Assembly: GCF_004010195.1 (NCBI RefSeq)
Contig: NC_057719.1
Location: forward strand, 6,782,846-6,834,571
Source: Chiloscyllium plagiosum
Taxonomy: Eukaryota
Reading direction: 5' to 3'
Length of the DNA stretch: 51,726 bases
Each line of letters starts with the position of its first letter. The stretch's first letter is position 1. The notes below the pieces were generated by a model that was not told the DNA's origin, did no database searches, and was given only the letters and a program-made list of their open reading frames with translations. The position numbers were made by a program, and so were the translations under genes. Positions 23,673 to 35,309 of this stretch are shown here, in pieces.

Positions 23673-23855
23673 GTGAATTGGCCATACTAAATTGCTAATT
23701 GCCATACTAAATTCAGGTGAATTGGCCATGCTAAATTGCCCGTAGTGTTAGGTAAGGGGTAAATGTAGGGGTATGGGTGGGTTTCGCTTCGGCGGGTCGG
23801 TGTGGACTTGTTGGGCCGAAGGGCCTGTTTCCACACTGTAATCTAATCTAATCTA
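23673..23855 (+). mobile_element. 5'-truncated HE1-type SINE
   Basis: Matches the 3' half of 30314-30634; (aatct)n tail. Confidence 0.8.
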
Positions 23856-24249
23856 AATGCCCCTCGTTTTATAAACCTCTATAAGGTCACCCCTCAGCCT
23901 CTGACACTCCGGGGAAAACAGCCCCAGCCTATTTAACCTCTTCCTAAAGCTCAAAACCTCCAACCCTGGCAAATCTTATAAATCTCTTCTGAGTTCTTTC
24001 AAGTTTCACAACATCCCTTCTATAGCAGAGAGACCAGAATTGCAGGCAATATTCCATAAGTGGCCTAAACAATGTCCTGTACAGCCACATGACCTCCCAA
24101 CTCCTATATTCCATACACTGACCAAAAAAGGCATGCATACCAAATGCCGCCATCACTATCTTATCTAGGTCGGTGTGGACTTGTTGGGCCGAAGGGCCTG
24201 TTTCCATACTGTAGGGAATCTAATCTAATGGGATTCCACTCTAGATTTA

Positions 24250-24552
24250 GGGAGTCACGGTGGCTCAGTGGTTAGCACTACTGCCTCAGTGCCAGGGACC
24301 CGGGTTCAATTCCTACCTTGGGTAACTGTGGCTTTTGCACATTCTCCCAGTGTCTGCATGGGCTTCCTCCAGGTGCTCTGGTTTCCTCCCACAGTCCAAA
24401 GATGTGCAGGTTAAGTGAATTGGCCATGCTAAATTGCCCATAGTGTTAGGTGAAGAGGTAAATGTAGGGGAATGGGTCTGGGTGGGTTGCTCTTCGGAGG
24501 GTCGGTGTGGACTTGTTGGGCCGAAGGGCCTGTTTTCACATTTAGTAATCTA
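24250..24552 (+). mobile_element. HE1-type (V-SINE) tRNA-derived SINE, full length
   Basis: A box TGGCTCAGTGG, B box GGTTCAATTCC, central cattctccc..gtctgc..ggtttcctcccacagtccaaagatgtgcagg, CR1-like tail. Confidence 0.88.
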
Positions 24553-25375
24553 GTAGCTGTGACCCCACTTTCAAGAAACTATGAACCTGCACTCCAAGGT
24601 CTCCTTGTTCAGTAACACTTGTAGGACCTTACCATTAAGTATATAATTCCTCCCCATATTTACTTTTCCAAAATGCAGCACCTCACATTTGTCTAAATTA
24701 AACTCCATCTCCCACTCCTTGGCCTGCTGGCCCATCTAATCAAGATCCCGTTGTACTGAGGTAATCTTCGCTAACTGCGGCACCTCCAATATTGATGTAA
24801 TCTGCAAATGTACCTCCTTTGTTCACATCTAAATCATTTGTATAAATGACAAAAAGTAGTGGACTCGGCACCAATACTTGTAGAACACTACTGGTCACAG
24901 GCCTCCAATCTGAAAAACAACCCTGCACCACACTCTGTCATTCTACCTTTGAGCCAGTTCTGTATCCAAATAGTGAGTTCTCCCTGTACTCCACGAGATC
25001 TAACCTTGTGAACCAGTCTCCCATGGGAAACCTTGTCAAACGCCTTACTGAAATACATATAGATCACGTCTACCGCTCTGCCCTCCTCAATCTTCTTTGT
25101 TACTTCAAAAAACTCAATCAAGTTTGTGAGACATGATTTCCCACACACAAAGCCATGTTGGCCATCCCTAATCAGTCCCTGCCTTTCCAAATACATGTAC
25201 ATCCTGTCCCTCAGGATTCCCTCCAATAATTTGCCTCCCACCGACGTCAGGCTCACTGGTCTATAGTTCCCTGGCTTGTACTTAGCACCTTTCTTAAACA
25301 GTGGCACCACATTAATGAACCTCCAATCTTCCGGCACCTCACCTGTGACTATCGATGATACAAATATCTCAGCAA

Positions 25376-25607
25376 GAGCTGGAAATGTGTTGCTGGAAAA
25401 GCGCAGCAGGTCAGGCAGCATCCAGGGAACAGGAGAATCGACGTTTCGGGCATAAGCCCTTCTTCAGGAAGCCCTTCATTCCTGAAGAAGGGCTTATGCC
25501 CGAAACGTCGATTCTCCTGTTCCCTGGATGCTGCCTGACCTGCTGCGCTTTTCCAGCAACACATTTTCAGCTCTGATCTCCAGCATCTGCAGACCTCACT
25601 TTCTCCT
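25376..25607. mobile_element. Palindromic PLE family A insertion (young)
   Basis: Near-identical inverted arms, right-hand tail, TSD tcagcaagag (25369-25378, 25616-25625). Confidence 0.87.
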
Positions 25608-25893
25608 CAACCATTTCAGCAAGAGGCCCAGCAATCATTTCTCTAGCTTCCCACAGAGTTCTAGGGGTACACCTGATCAGGTCCTGGGAATTTATCCACT
25701 TCTGTGTTTCAAGACATCCAGCACTACTTCCTCTGTAATATGGACATTTTTTGAGATGTCACCATCTATTTCCCAACATTCTATATCTTCCACCTCTTTT
25801 TCCACAGTAAACTCTGATGCTAAATACTCGTTTAGTATCTTCCCCAATCTCCTGCGGCTCCACACAAAGGCCGCCTTACTGATCTTTGAGGGG

Positions 25894-25954
25894 ATGGAAA
25901 TGTGTTGCTGGAAAAGCGCAGCAGGTCAGGCAGCATCTAGGGAACAGGAGAATC
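25894..25954 (-). mobile_element. Single-arm PLE family A fragment starting at the predicted hammerhead cleavage site
   Basis: Reverse complement starts gattctcctgttccc; TSD tgagggg (25887-25893, 25955-25961). Confidence 0.75.
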
Positions 25955-26590
25955 TGAGGGGCCCTATTTTCTCCTTAGGTAATCTCTTGTCCTTAATGTA
26001 TTTGTAAAAACCCTTTGGATTCTCCTTAACTCACTTTGCCAAAGCTATCTCATGTCCCCTTTTTGTCCTCCTGATTTCCTTAAGTATACTCCTACAGCCT
26101 TTATACTCTTCTAAGGATTCACTTGATCTCTCCTGTCTGTATCTGACATGCTTCCTCCTTTTTCTTAACCAGACTCTTGATTTCTCTAGTCATCCCGCAT
26201 TCAGTACACCTACCAGCCTTTCCTTTCACCCTGACAGGAATATACCGTTGCTGGACTCTCCTTATCTCATTTCTCATTTTCCAACTGTCCCTTTCCCTGT
26301 GAACATCTGATCCATTTCAGCTTTTGAAAGTTGTTGCATAATACTGTCAAAGTTGCAATTCCTGTAATTTAGAACTTCAACTTTTAGATCTGGTCTATCC
26401 TTTTCTATCACTATTTTAAAACTAATAGAATTATGGTCACTGGCCCCAAAGTGCTCCCTCACTGACACCTCAGTCACCTGCCCTGTCTTATTTCCCAAGA
26501 GTAGATCAGGTTTTGTATCTTCTCTCGTAGGTACATCCACATACTGAATCAGAATTTTCTTGTACACCTTCAACAAATTCCTCACCATCT

Positions 26591-26789
26591 AAGTTAAAAA
26601 TCTCAACACCAGGTTATAATCCAACAGGTTTAATTGGAAGCACTAGCTTTCGGAGTGTCGCTCCTTCATCAGGTGGAGCAGTGCTCCGACAGCTGGTGTG
26701 CTTCCAGTTGAACCTGTTGGACTATAACCTGGTGGTGTGATTTTTAACTTTGTATACCCCAGTTCAACACTGGCATCTCCAAATCAAGG
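26591..26789. mobile_element. Palindromic PLE family B mini-insertion
   Basis: Inverted arms, right-hand tail, TSD ctcaccatctaa (26581-26592, 26790-26801). Confidence 0.83.
26641..26675 (-). ncRNA. Minimal hammerhead ribozyme motif, family B
   Basis: Minus strand cac-CTGATGA-a-GGAG-cgaca-CTCC-GAAA-gcta^gtg (stem I cac/gtg, palindromic AGCT stem III). Confidence 0.7.
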
Positions 26790-27545
26790 CTCACCATCTA
26801 AACCCTTAACACTATGGCAGTCCCAGTCTAAGTTTGGAAAGTTAAAATCCCCTACCATAACCACCCTATTATTCTTAGAGAGAACTGAAAGATCCTTACA
26901 AATTTGTTTCTCAATTTCCCTCTGACTATTGGGGAATCTATAATACAATCCCAATCAGGTGATCATTCCTTTTCTTATTTCTCAGTTCCACCCAAATAAC
27001 TTCCCTAGATGTATTTCCGTGAATATCCTCCCTCTATACAGCTGTAATGCTATCCCTTATCAAAAATGCCACTCCTTCCTCTCTTGCCTCCCTTTCTGTC
27101 CTTTCAGCAGCATTTGTATCCTGGAACATTTAAGCTGCCAGTCCTGTCCATCCCGGAGCCATATTCCTGTAATTGCCATGATATCGTAATCTCATTTCCT
27201 CACCATGTGCTGAGTTCATCTGCCTTTGCTGTTAGGCCCCTTGCATTGCAATAAATGCAGTTTAATTTATCACTTGTTCTCTGTTTTGTCCCTAACTGCC
27301 CTGACTATATGGCTCACTCCTTTTCCCAACTGTACCAGTTGCCAATTGATCTCTTTTCCCCCCTACATCGCTGTGTCCCATCTCCCTCTCCCCTTCTTCC
27401 CCATCTCCCCCCTTACTCATTTAAATCTTCCTGAGCAGTTCTTGCAGATCTCCCTGCCAGTATATTAGTCCCCTTCCAATTTGGGTGCAATCTGTCCATC
27501 CTTGTACAGGTCACTTTTACCCCAGAAGAGATTTCAATGATCCAA

Positions 27546-27958
27546 TGTTGATTGGAGGTCCTAAATAAAGAAGACGTCTTGAACCTGTGCATAAAAATGT
27601 TGGCATATTGGGGTCCAAATTTGGTCCCCATGGCTATTCAGCCTGTCTGAATGAAGAACTGGTTGTCAAAGGTGAAAATGTTGTAGTGGAGGATAAAGTG
27701 GATGAGTTGTAGGACAAGGCTTGAAGGTTGGCAGTTGTTGGAGTTGAGTACTAAGACTGTTGCTGCGATTCCATCATTGTGGGGCATGCTGGTATAGAGT
27801 GCTGAAACGTCCATTGTGATGAGGAATGTTCCTGGTTCGACTGGTCCATGGGTGCTGAGTTTCTGTAAGAAATCTGTAATGTCGCGACAGAGGCTTTGGT
27901 GGGGGGGTCCCCTTTACAATGGGTTTCAAGATGCCTTCGACATAGCCAGAGAGGTTCT
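27546..27958 (-). mobile_element. PLE reverse transcriptase core fragment
   Basis: TMDVSALYTSMPHNDGI and AMGTKFGPQYANIFM, typical of PLE RT motifs A and B'. Confidence 0.82.
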
Positions 27959-28500
27959 TACAGACTCGTACACTCATGCAGAGCCTCTCTCATACACTTC
28001 CACCCTCTCACAAACCTATACCCCTTTACACACTCTCTCAGGCTCTCATAACCACACCCTTCCCGCACGCGTGCACACATGCACGCCCACATGCACATTT
28101 AAGTTTGTGGGGTGAATTTTTACCTGCAGAATTACATTTTACTTTGCTCAGTTTGGCCATTGTGGCACAGGCAGTCTCAGGGCAGCTCACACCTTTTAAA
28201 TGCATTATCTGGGCTGACATGACACGGACTGTTTAAGTTCACTTGAGAATGTAATTTTTAAATGTTCGGCGATTTACATATGAAAGAACTGAAACCAGCA
28301 CGTTCATTCTAAAAGATGAGCGACTTAACAAACAATCAAGATCTTTTTCAATACATAATTTCAGTTACATCACACTAAGCTTTTGCTATAAATTCTGTCT
28401 TATGATCTTATATTACACAACCACCTGATGGAGCAGCACTCTGAAAGCTAGTGCTTCCAAATAAATCTTTTGGACTATAACTTGGTGTTGTGATTTTTAA
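27959..28500 (+). mobile_element. PLE family B 3' region
   Basis: CA-rich UTR, degenerate core at about 28422-28453, ttggactataacttggtgttgtgatttttaa. Confidence 0.75.
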
Positions 28501-29879
28501 TGTTATCTGGCATTGTTATGATGAATCAAATTTTATATTAGCCTTTACATAGGCAAGACTGCATGCAGAATTCTAGTGTTGCATAATTCTAAGTTTTCTT
28601 CGCACACAAGTTCAATCACCAATATTGTCTCCTTACCATCCTCCTCAGACTTACCCCTCTCAGCTTCACTCACCCATTCCTATGTTGTTACTTCATCTTT
28701 TGTTTTACTGATCCTTGCCTATTGCTCTGTCTTGCTAATTCTGCACTTCTATTTCCTCTCTGGTTTAACCCCTGGACTGATCCATTCCAGCAAAGTATTC
28801 CACTCAGATTATTGCTTCTGTGCTGTCTACCTTGAGTACTCCAACTCCCTTTTCAGCCTTGTGCCAAAGCCTGTCTTCAGTAATTTAAGGTCTCTCTCTT
28901 ATATCCTGCTTCCTAATGCTCTAACTGGTGGTCACTATTCTTAAAACTTATCTTTATATTCGCATTGTTATGCTTTCAGTCTGTAGTGTTCAAATCTTCT
29001 TTCTGCTTGTCTTTCTCATTATTCTATCCTCCTCATTGTTTCCCAACTGTGAGAAGCGCTGCAAGAAATTCTATAGCATGTCACTCTATCTGAAGGATTT
29101 CTACAGCAGGTGCTGCAGTATTATGTTTTGCTCTAAGGCCATAAGTTTCTGCCCAAAAATGTATACATTTACTGTGCAATAATACAGTCCCACTTAAGTC
29201 TTTCAAGCTGTGAAATTAGAACCTGCCATCTGCCAGGTTTAAATTGATTTTGTTTTTGAAGGTTGAAGTTCAAATTGTCAGTGCAGTAAAGGTGAATATA
29301 TATTCTTTGTATCTTATGTTGATGCTAAATTGAACAGTACATTTCTTTTTTGTTCTTAAATTGTGAATTCATTTTGATAGATTGGAATGCTTATTTGACT
29401 GTATAGGAAGATTCTTCACACCATTCTGTAACTTCAATTTTATTTATACAAAATACCTCATTGTAATTTTTTACTTCATATAAAACCAACATTTCTGGTG
29501 CATTAAATCTGTCAGTGCTGCTTTTCTTTCATTATAAGATTTGACACTTCTGAGATTTATTTTTACTCAACTTTAATTTATCCTAAATTTAATGTGACTT
29601 ATTCAAAATTTGCCTGACAATAAGCCTGGATGGATGGATTGTTAAAGATCAAAGGAACGCTTGGAATTGTTTTACTGAGAAAAAGGTACTAGGTATTTAG
29701 GCTGGAGACAATAGCTGCAGTCGGAGTCTTCCAAGGTCAGAGAAATGCTGTGGACAGTTGTGAGCAGTTGTACCGCTTACTGTCTATTTCTAAGATGAAA
29801 GTGAGTTGGGATCAAGGAGAACTACTTGTCATTTCTAGTTGAATGTGCACTTAATGTGCTTTCACATAATTTCATTTTC

Positions 29880-30192
29880 GTAGAATCCTCACAGTGAGGA
29901 ACCAGGCCGTTCAGCCCAACAAGTCCACGCTGATGCACCAAAGAGCATTCCACCCAGACTCACCCCCTGTATTTCCCATGGCTAATCCACCTAACCTTAC
30001 GTTATCCCTGGGCAATTCAGCATAGCCAATTCACCAAACCTGCACCTTTGGACTTGAGGGGAAATTGGAGCAACCAGAGAAAACCAATGCAGAAATGGGG
30101 AGAATGTGCCAATTCCACAGTCACTCAAGGCTGCAATTGAAGCCAGATTCCTGGTGCTGTGAGGCAGCAGTGCTATCCACTGAACCACTGTC
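29880..30192 (-). mobile_element. Older HE1-like SINE
   Basis: Minus-strand head cagtggttcagtggatagcactgctgcctcacagcacc; diverged homolog of the adjacent copy. Confidence 0.7.
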
Positions 30193-30313
30193 TCACATTG
30201 TAGGGGATGAGGAAACAGGAAGTTATTTTGAAAGTTTACAGATTTCGCTACAAATTAATGAATTTAACATCTGGACAGAAGTTGTCTTTCCATTCAAAAG
30301 TGGCTTCTTGAAT

Positions 30314-30634
30314 TTAGATTAGATTAGATTACTTTACAGTGTGGAAACAGGCCCTTCGGCCCAACAAGTCCTCACACCGACCCGCCGAAGCGCAAACCAT
30401 CCATACCCCTACATTTACCCCTTACCTAACACAACGGACAATTTAGCATGGCCAATTTACCTGACCTGCACATCTTTGGAACTGTGGGAGGAAACCGGAG
30501 CACCCGGAGGAAACCCACGCAGACACGGGGAGAATGTGCAAACTCCACACAGTCAGTCGCCTGAGGCGGGAATTGAACCCGGGTCTCTGGCGCTGTGAGG
30601 CAGCAGTGCTAACCACTGTGCCACCGTGCCGCCC
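30314..30634 (-). mobile_element. HE1-type SINE, full length, young
   Basis: GGGCGGCACGGTGGCACAGTGGTTAGCACTGC head, B box GGTTCAATTCC, CpGs retained, (taatc)n tail, possible aattt TSD. Confidence 0.92.
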
Positions 30635-30849
30635 AATTTGAGCTACCACAGCTGGATGCAGAAGGAAGATGGTCTCTAGTCAAAGAAGTGCTTTTTTTTG
30701 TCTTCTCTGACATGCAGGAGATTTATTTTGGCATGGCGAGGGGGAAAAAGAATCCTTTTAAAACACACTTTATTTCTGATGGTGGATTTAAGAAACTCTT
30801 TGTAAACTGGAAAACACCTGGAGACACACTCAAGTTCTTATTCAGTTAT

Positions 30850-31405
30850 AGAACATAGATCAGTACTGCACTTGAAGAGGTCCTTTAGCCCACCATGTCT
30901 GCACTAACCATGGATGACATTTCTAAACTAATCCCATCTACCTGCACATGGTCTATACCCCTTTATTCACTGCCCATTCTTGTATGTGTCTAAATGCCAC
31001 AAACGCTGCTGTCGTATATCTGCTACCATCTTCCCTGGTAGTGCATTCAGGCACCTACCACCCTTGTGTAAAAATGTTGCCTTGCACATCTCCTTTAAAC
31101 CTTTCTCCCTTTTCACTTTAACTTGTGCACGCTAGTAATTGGCATTTCCACCCTGGGAAAAAGAATGACTATCAATCCTCCGCATGCCTCTCGATATTAT
31201 GTACTTCTATCAGGTTGCTCCTCAGTCTCTGATGTTCTAACAAAAGCAATTGATGTTTGTTCAATCTCCGCTTACAGCTAATTTACTCCAATCCAGACAA
31301 CATCCTGATAAACCTCTTCTTTTGTACCCTTTCCAAAGCCGCCTCATCCTATAGTGTGGCAACCACAATGGCACATAATACTCAGTGATCCTACTAAAGT
31401 TTTAA
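30850..31405 (-). mobile_element. Old CR1 3' fragment
   Basis: Diverged similarity to 3600-4130. Confidence 0.65.
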
Positions 31406-31689
31406 ATGGAGTTACAAGACTCCACTGGAAGCAGACAGCGGCTGTGGACCATTTACTGTGAAGTCTGCAGAGAGCGAGAAAAATACGAAATGTTCCTCTT
31501 TTAATGGACAAATTTTAACATACAAAGAAAATAGTGTTTAACCAACAATGTTTATAGTCCATTTGTTATAGTGGAGATTCTAGTTTTTTTGTGAAATGTT
31601 GAATGACAAGTTTAATTTCTTGTCAAAAGCTGTTGATTTCCATATAGTGCACATTATAGGACACTACAGAGACTGGAAATCTATCTTTA

Positions 31690-32540
31690 AAAATGCTGAA
31701 AAACTGTTGGGTTTGGCAGCTGCTGGAGACATTCTGAGCATGGAATGTGGAGGACAACAAAATGTCTGTGACAGTGTAGAAGACAGGAGAGTTTCTTTTG
31801 ATAAGAGTTCCTCATACAGGGCTAAAGGGAATGGTGATGGAGGAAGAAAGGAAACAAAACATGCAGCTACAATGGATGCGATGCTAGTATTGAGTTTCAC
31901 TGGAATAGAGCAGGAGGCCGATGACCAGTGTGTCTGCACGAGAACGGGGTGGAGAATTAAAATTACAGGCTACCAGCAGCTCAGGATCATGCAAGCTGAA
32001 TGAATGGTGTTCTATAAAATACTTACCCAATCAAGATTGGTTGCTTTTCTCTTCTTTCCCACCAGCCCTGTGCAGAGGAGACCACATTCAGAGCAGTAAA
32101 CTGAATGTTAAATTGAATGACATGGATATCATTGTTTAACCTGGGGTAGTTGTGTGAGGCCTTAGTGAGTGGAGGTTAGAGCAGGTGTTACACCTTCTGC
32201 CTTGGCATTGGAAAAGAACTGTGTGAAGGCTGTTGGGGTGATTGGAGAGCGGACCTGGGCATATGGAACAAATAATTCCTTTGGAATGCTGAAAGGAGTG
32301 TAGAATATGTTTGCAGGTGATGGAAGATGATCCATTGAATGCAAATGTTGGTGGGTAACAGATGTGACCAGGACAGATGAACTGGAATCATGAGATGGGA
32401 TCCTGACAGGCTGTAGTGAGAGAGAGTAAACAAGGTAGCTGTGAGAATTAGTGGACTTGTAATGAATGTTCTTAGCCTAATATCAAATGGAAACTGAAGT
32501 TGAGTAAGTGAAGGAGTGTGTTGCAGATGGACCAAGGAGA
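31690..32540 (-). mobile_element. Old PLE ORF fragment (probably continues at about 34860-35300)
   Basis: Minus-strand remnants IQWIIFHHLQ..LLSAFQRN resemble the PLE RT-to-endonuclease linker. Confidence 0.45.
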
Positions 32541-32609
32541 GGTAGTTTGGCCACGCTAAGTTGCCCATAGTGTCCAGGGATGTGCCTGCTTGGTGGATTA
32601 GCCATTCGA

Positions 32610-34512
32610 AAGACTTTCACAGAAAGTAATACTGTACAATGTTGGTCCAAGGGGTTTCTGGAATTGCTTGGAATCAGTGCATTGGTCTGTATTCACCTAC
32701 TCAGTGGAAAACCTAGATGGGTATGCCAACACTGATACAGACTTCATTAGCAAATGTGTGCAGGACTGCATGCCAAAGAAGTCTATTCGAGCGTTCCTGA
32801 ACCAGAAATCTTGGATGAACCAGGAAATCTATCACCACCTAAAGACCAGGCGGGCAGCATTCAAATCAGATGACCCAGACTTGTATAGAAAATCCAGGTA
32901 TGACATCTGCAAAGCCATCAAAGATGCTCAGAGGCAGTACTGGACCAGGTTAGAGGCTCAAACCCATCATGGGTATCAAGGCCTAAACAAAACTGGATAC
33001 GAAATGATGAGGGACAAAAATATATCCCTCCCTGATGCGCTCAAGGCTTTTTATGCTCATTTTAAGCAGAATGCCAGTGGTGAGGTGTCACCTCCCTCAA
33101 CAGCCGCAGATGCACTTAGTCCCTCCGTCACCGCTGTAGACGTCAGATCAGCCTTCCTGAGAGTCCAACTAAGGAAGGCAGCGGGCCATCTTCAACCTCT
33201 CCTTTCCTACAGGTCAAGGGCCCGATCTGCTTCAAGACCGCCATCATCCCGGTACCCAAGAAAGCGCATGCAACATGCTTTAATGACTACTGGTCAGTGG
33301 CTCTGATCTCCATAAGGGAGGCTGGTCGTGGCCCACATCAACTGGAGCCTTCTAGCCTGCCTTGATCTGTTGCAATTTGCTAACCGATGTAACAGCTGCA
33401 CAGGGGATGCCATTTCCCTAGCCCTTAAAATACCTTGACAACAAGGGCATCTATGTCTGACTCCTGCTTATTGACTACAGCTCTGCCTTCAACATCATAA
33501 TCCCCTTCAGACTGAGCTCAAACCTTGGCTTCATCCTGTGCAACTGGATCCTTCGCTTCATAGCCCACAGACCGCAATCAGTGAAAATAGATAGCTGAAC
33601 ACTGGAGCCCCCACACTGTTGCATTATTAGCCCCTTACTGTACTCGCTATACACGACTGTGTCGCCAAATGCTGAATGAATACCATCTACAAGTTTGCCA
33701 CCATTTTGGTTGGACGGATATCAAATCGCGATTATTCAGAATACAGAATTGTGGTACAATGATAACCTCTATCTCAATGCTTGAAAAACAAAAGAACTGA
33801 TCATGGACTTCAGAAAGCAGAGAGGAGACCCTGCCCCATCTACATCAGTGGAGCTGGGTTTGAGAGGGTTGAGAGCTTTGAGTTCTTAGCAGTGATGATA
33901 ACTGGCAATCTGTCCTGTACTTCCCATGTAGATGCACGTCCTCTGTAGATGCGATGGTCAAGAAGGCACAGCAATGCTTCCTCTTCCTCAGGCGATTTAA
34001 GAAATTTGGCACGTCTATAAGGACCCTCACCATCTTTTACAGATAGTATGCTTTCTATGATGCATACTATCTGGGTGCATAATTGCCTGGTACGGCAGCT
34101 ACTCTGCCCAGGATTGTAAGAAGCTACAGAGGGTTGTGTGCACAGCCCAGACCATCACGGAAGTTGACCTTCAATCCATGGACTCCATTTACACTTCTCG
34201 TTGCTGCGGAAAGGTTGCCAACATCATCAAAGACCCTTCCTATCCAGGTAACACTCTCCTACAACCTCTTCCAACCGGCAGAAGATACAAAGTTTGAACA
34301 TGTACCAACAGGTTCAAGAACAGATTCCTCCCTACTGTTATTAATCTGACGAATGGAGATTCTACTGAACCTCCTGTGCAATATAATCTGTGTGCACCAC
34401 TCTAAGCACCCTATGGTTTGTATGACCTTGCCTACTATGATCTGCCTTTACTGCTTACAAACCAAGCTTTTCACTGTACCTAAGTGCATGTGACTGCAAT
34501 AAATTAAATGAA
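32610..34512 (+). mobile_element. Rex1/Babar-clade non-LTR retrotransposon, 5'-truncated and decayed
   Basis: DFISKCVQDCMPKKSIRAFLNQKSWMN..RAAFKSDD..RKSRYD..KAIKDA; RT remnants LDLLQFA, LLLIDYSSAFNIIIP, SPLLYSLY, IYKFA; caataaa 3' end. Confidence 0.85.
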
Positions 34513-34588
34513 ATGTAGAGTTACAGGGATAGGCTAGGTGGGTGGGTTGGAGGGGGGAAGCATTTTGGAGAATTGGTGTGCACTCCAT

Positions 34589-34818
34589 GGCAGAAATGGG
34601 TACTGCAGATGCTTGAGATCAGAGTCAAGATTAGAGTGGTGCTGGAAAAGCACAGCAGGTCAGGCAGCATCCGGAAGAGCAGGAAAATCGATGTTTCAGG
34701 CAAAAGCCCTTCATCAGGAATGACCCTGATGAAGGACTTTTGCAAGAAATGTTGATTTTACTGCTCCTGGATGCTGCATGACTGCTGTGCTTTTCCAGCA
34801 CCACTCTAATCTTGACTC
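34589..34818. mobile_element. Palindromic PLE family A-related insertion
   Basis: Inverted arms, left tail, TSD tgcactccatgg (34579-34590, 34820-34831). Confidence 0.8.
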
Positions 34819-35309
34819 ATGCACTCCATGGGCCAAATGGCCTGCTTCCACATTAGGGATTATATGTGACTTGGAAGTAAAGTTGAAGATATCCAATTTG
34901 AGGCAAAGCAGAAAATGGTACTGATGTAATAATCAGTCTACACGGAAGAGTTGTTGAAGTGGCCAGAGAAGGATGAGAACAAGGAATATTACATATTTTC
35001 CATAAAAATACAGGCATAGCTAAGACCTGTAAAAACTTCTTATTTGAAAGAAGAAAGATAATAAGGTGGAGGAAGGTGAATGGTAACTGGTTTGAACTCT
35101 GTTCAAGGAAAAAGTGAAGACCCCCTCAGATTGTCTTGGTGGAGACTAGAGATGTAGAGAGATTGGTGAAGAAATGGCTAGGACCAGGAAATTGGAAACT
35201 AAAAAGTGGAGGTCATCAGAAGAGTCACAGATCTTGTTAGGGAGTCATTCTGAAAAGGAAGGAAAATTATGTCAAAATTAGAAGGACTGGCTTTGTGTGT
35301 GGGAAATCA

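Larger units (their letters stand above)
22995..27545 (-). mobile_element. CR1 LINE, long and decayed, fragmented by at least 6 later insertions
   Basis: Minus strand: LHPNWKGTNILAGR (ORF1 esterase end), PTREDTKPDLLL..GASDHN (APE), GEVPEDWR..NYRPVSLTS..FSKAFD (RT), 3' tail near 23000. Confidence 0.85.

Noticed and set aside
25349..26007. Recurrent peptides MCCWKSAAGQAAS / MLPDLLRFSS as a small-protein family
   Set aside because: They are translations of the repeated non-coding PLE terminus and appear on both strands because of the palindromes.
30560..30634. tRNA gene
   Set aside because: A and B boxes are present but run directly into a SINE body and LINE-like tail; same for 24250 and 7602.
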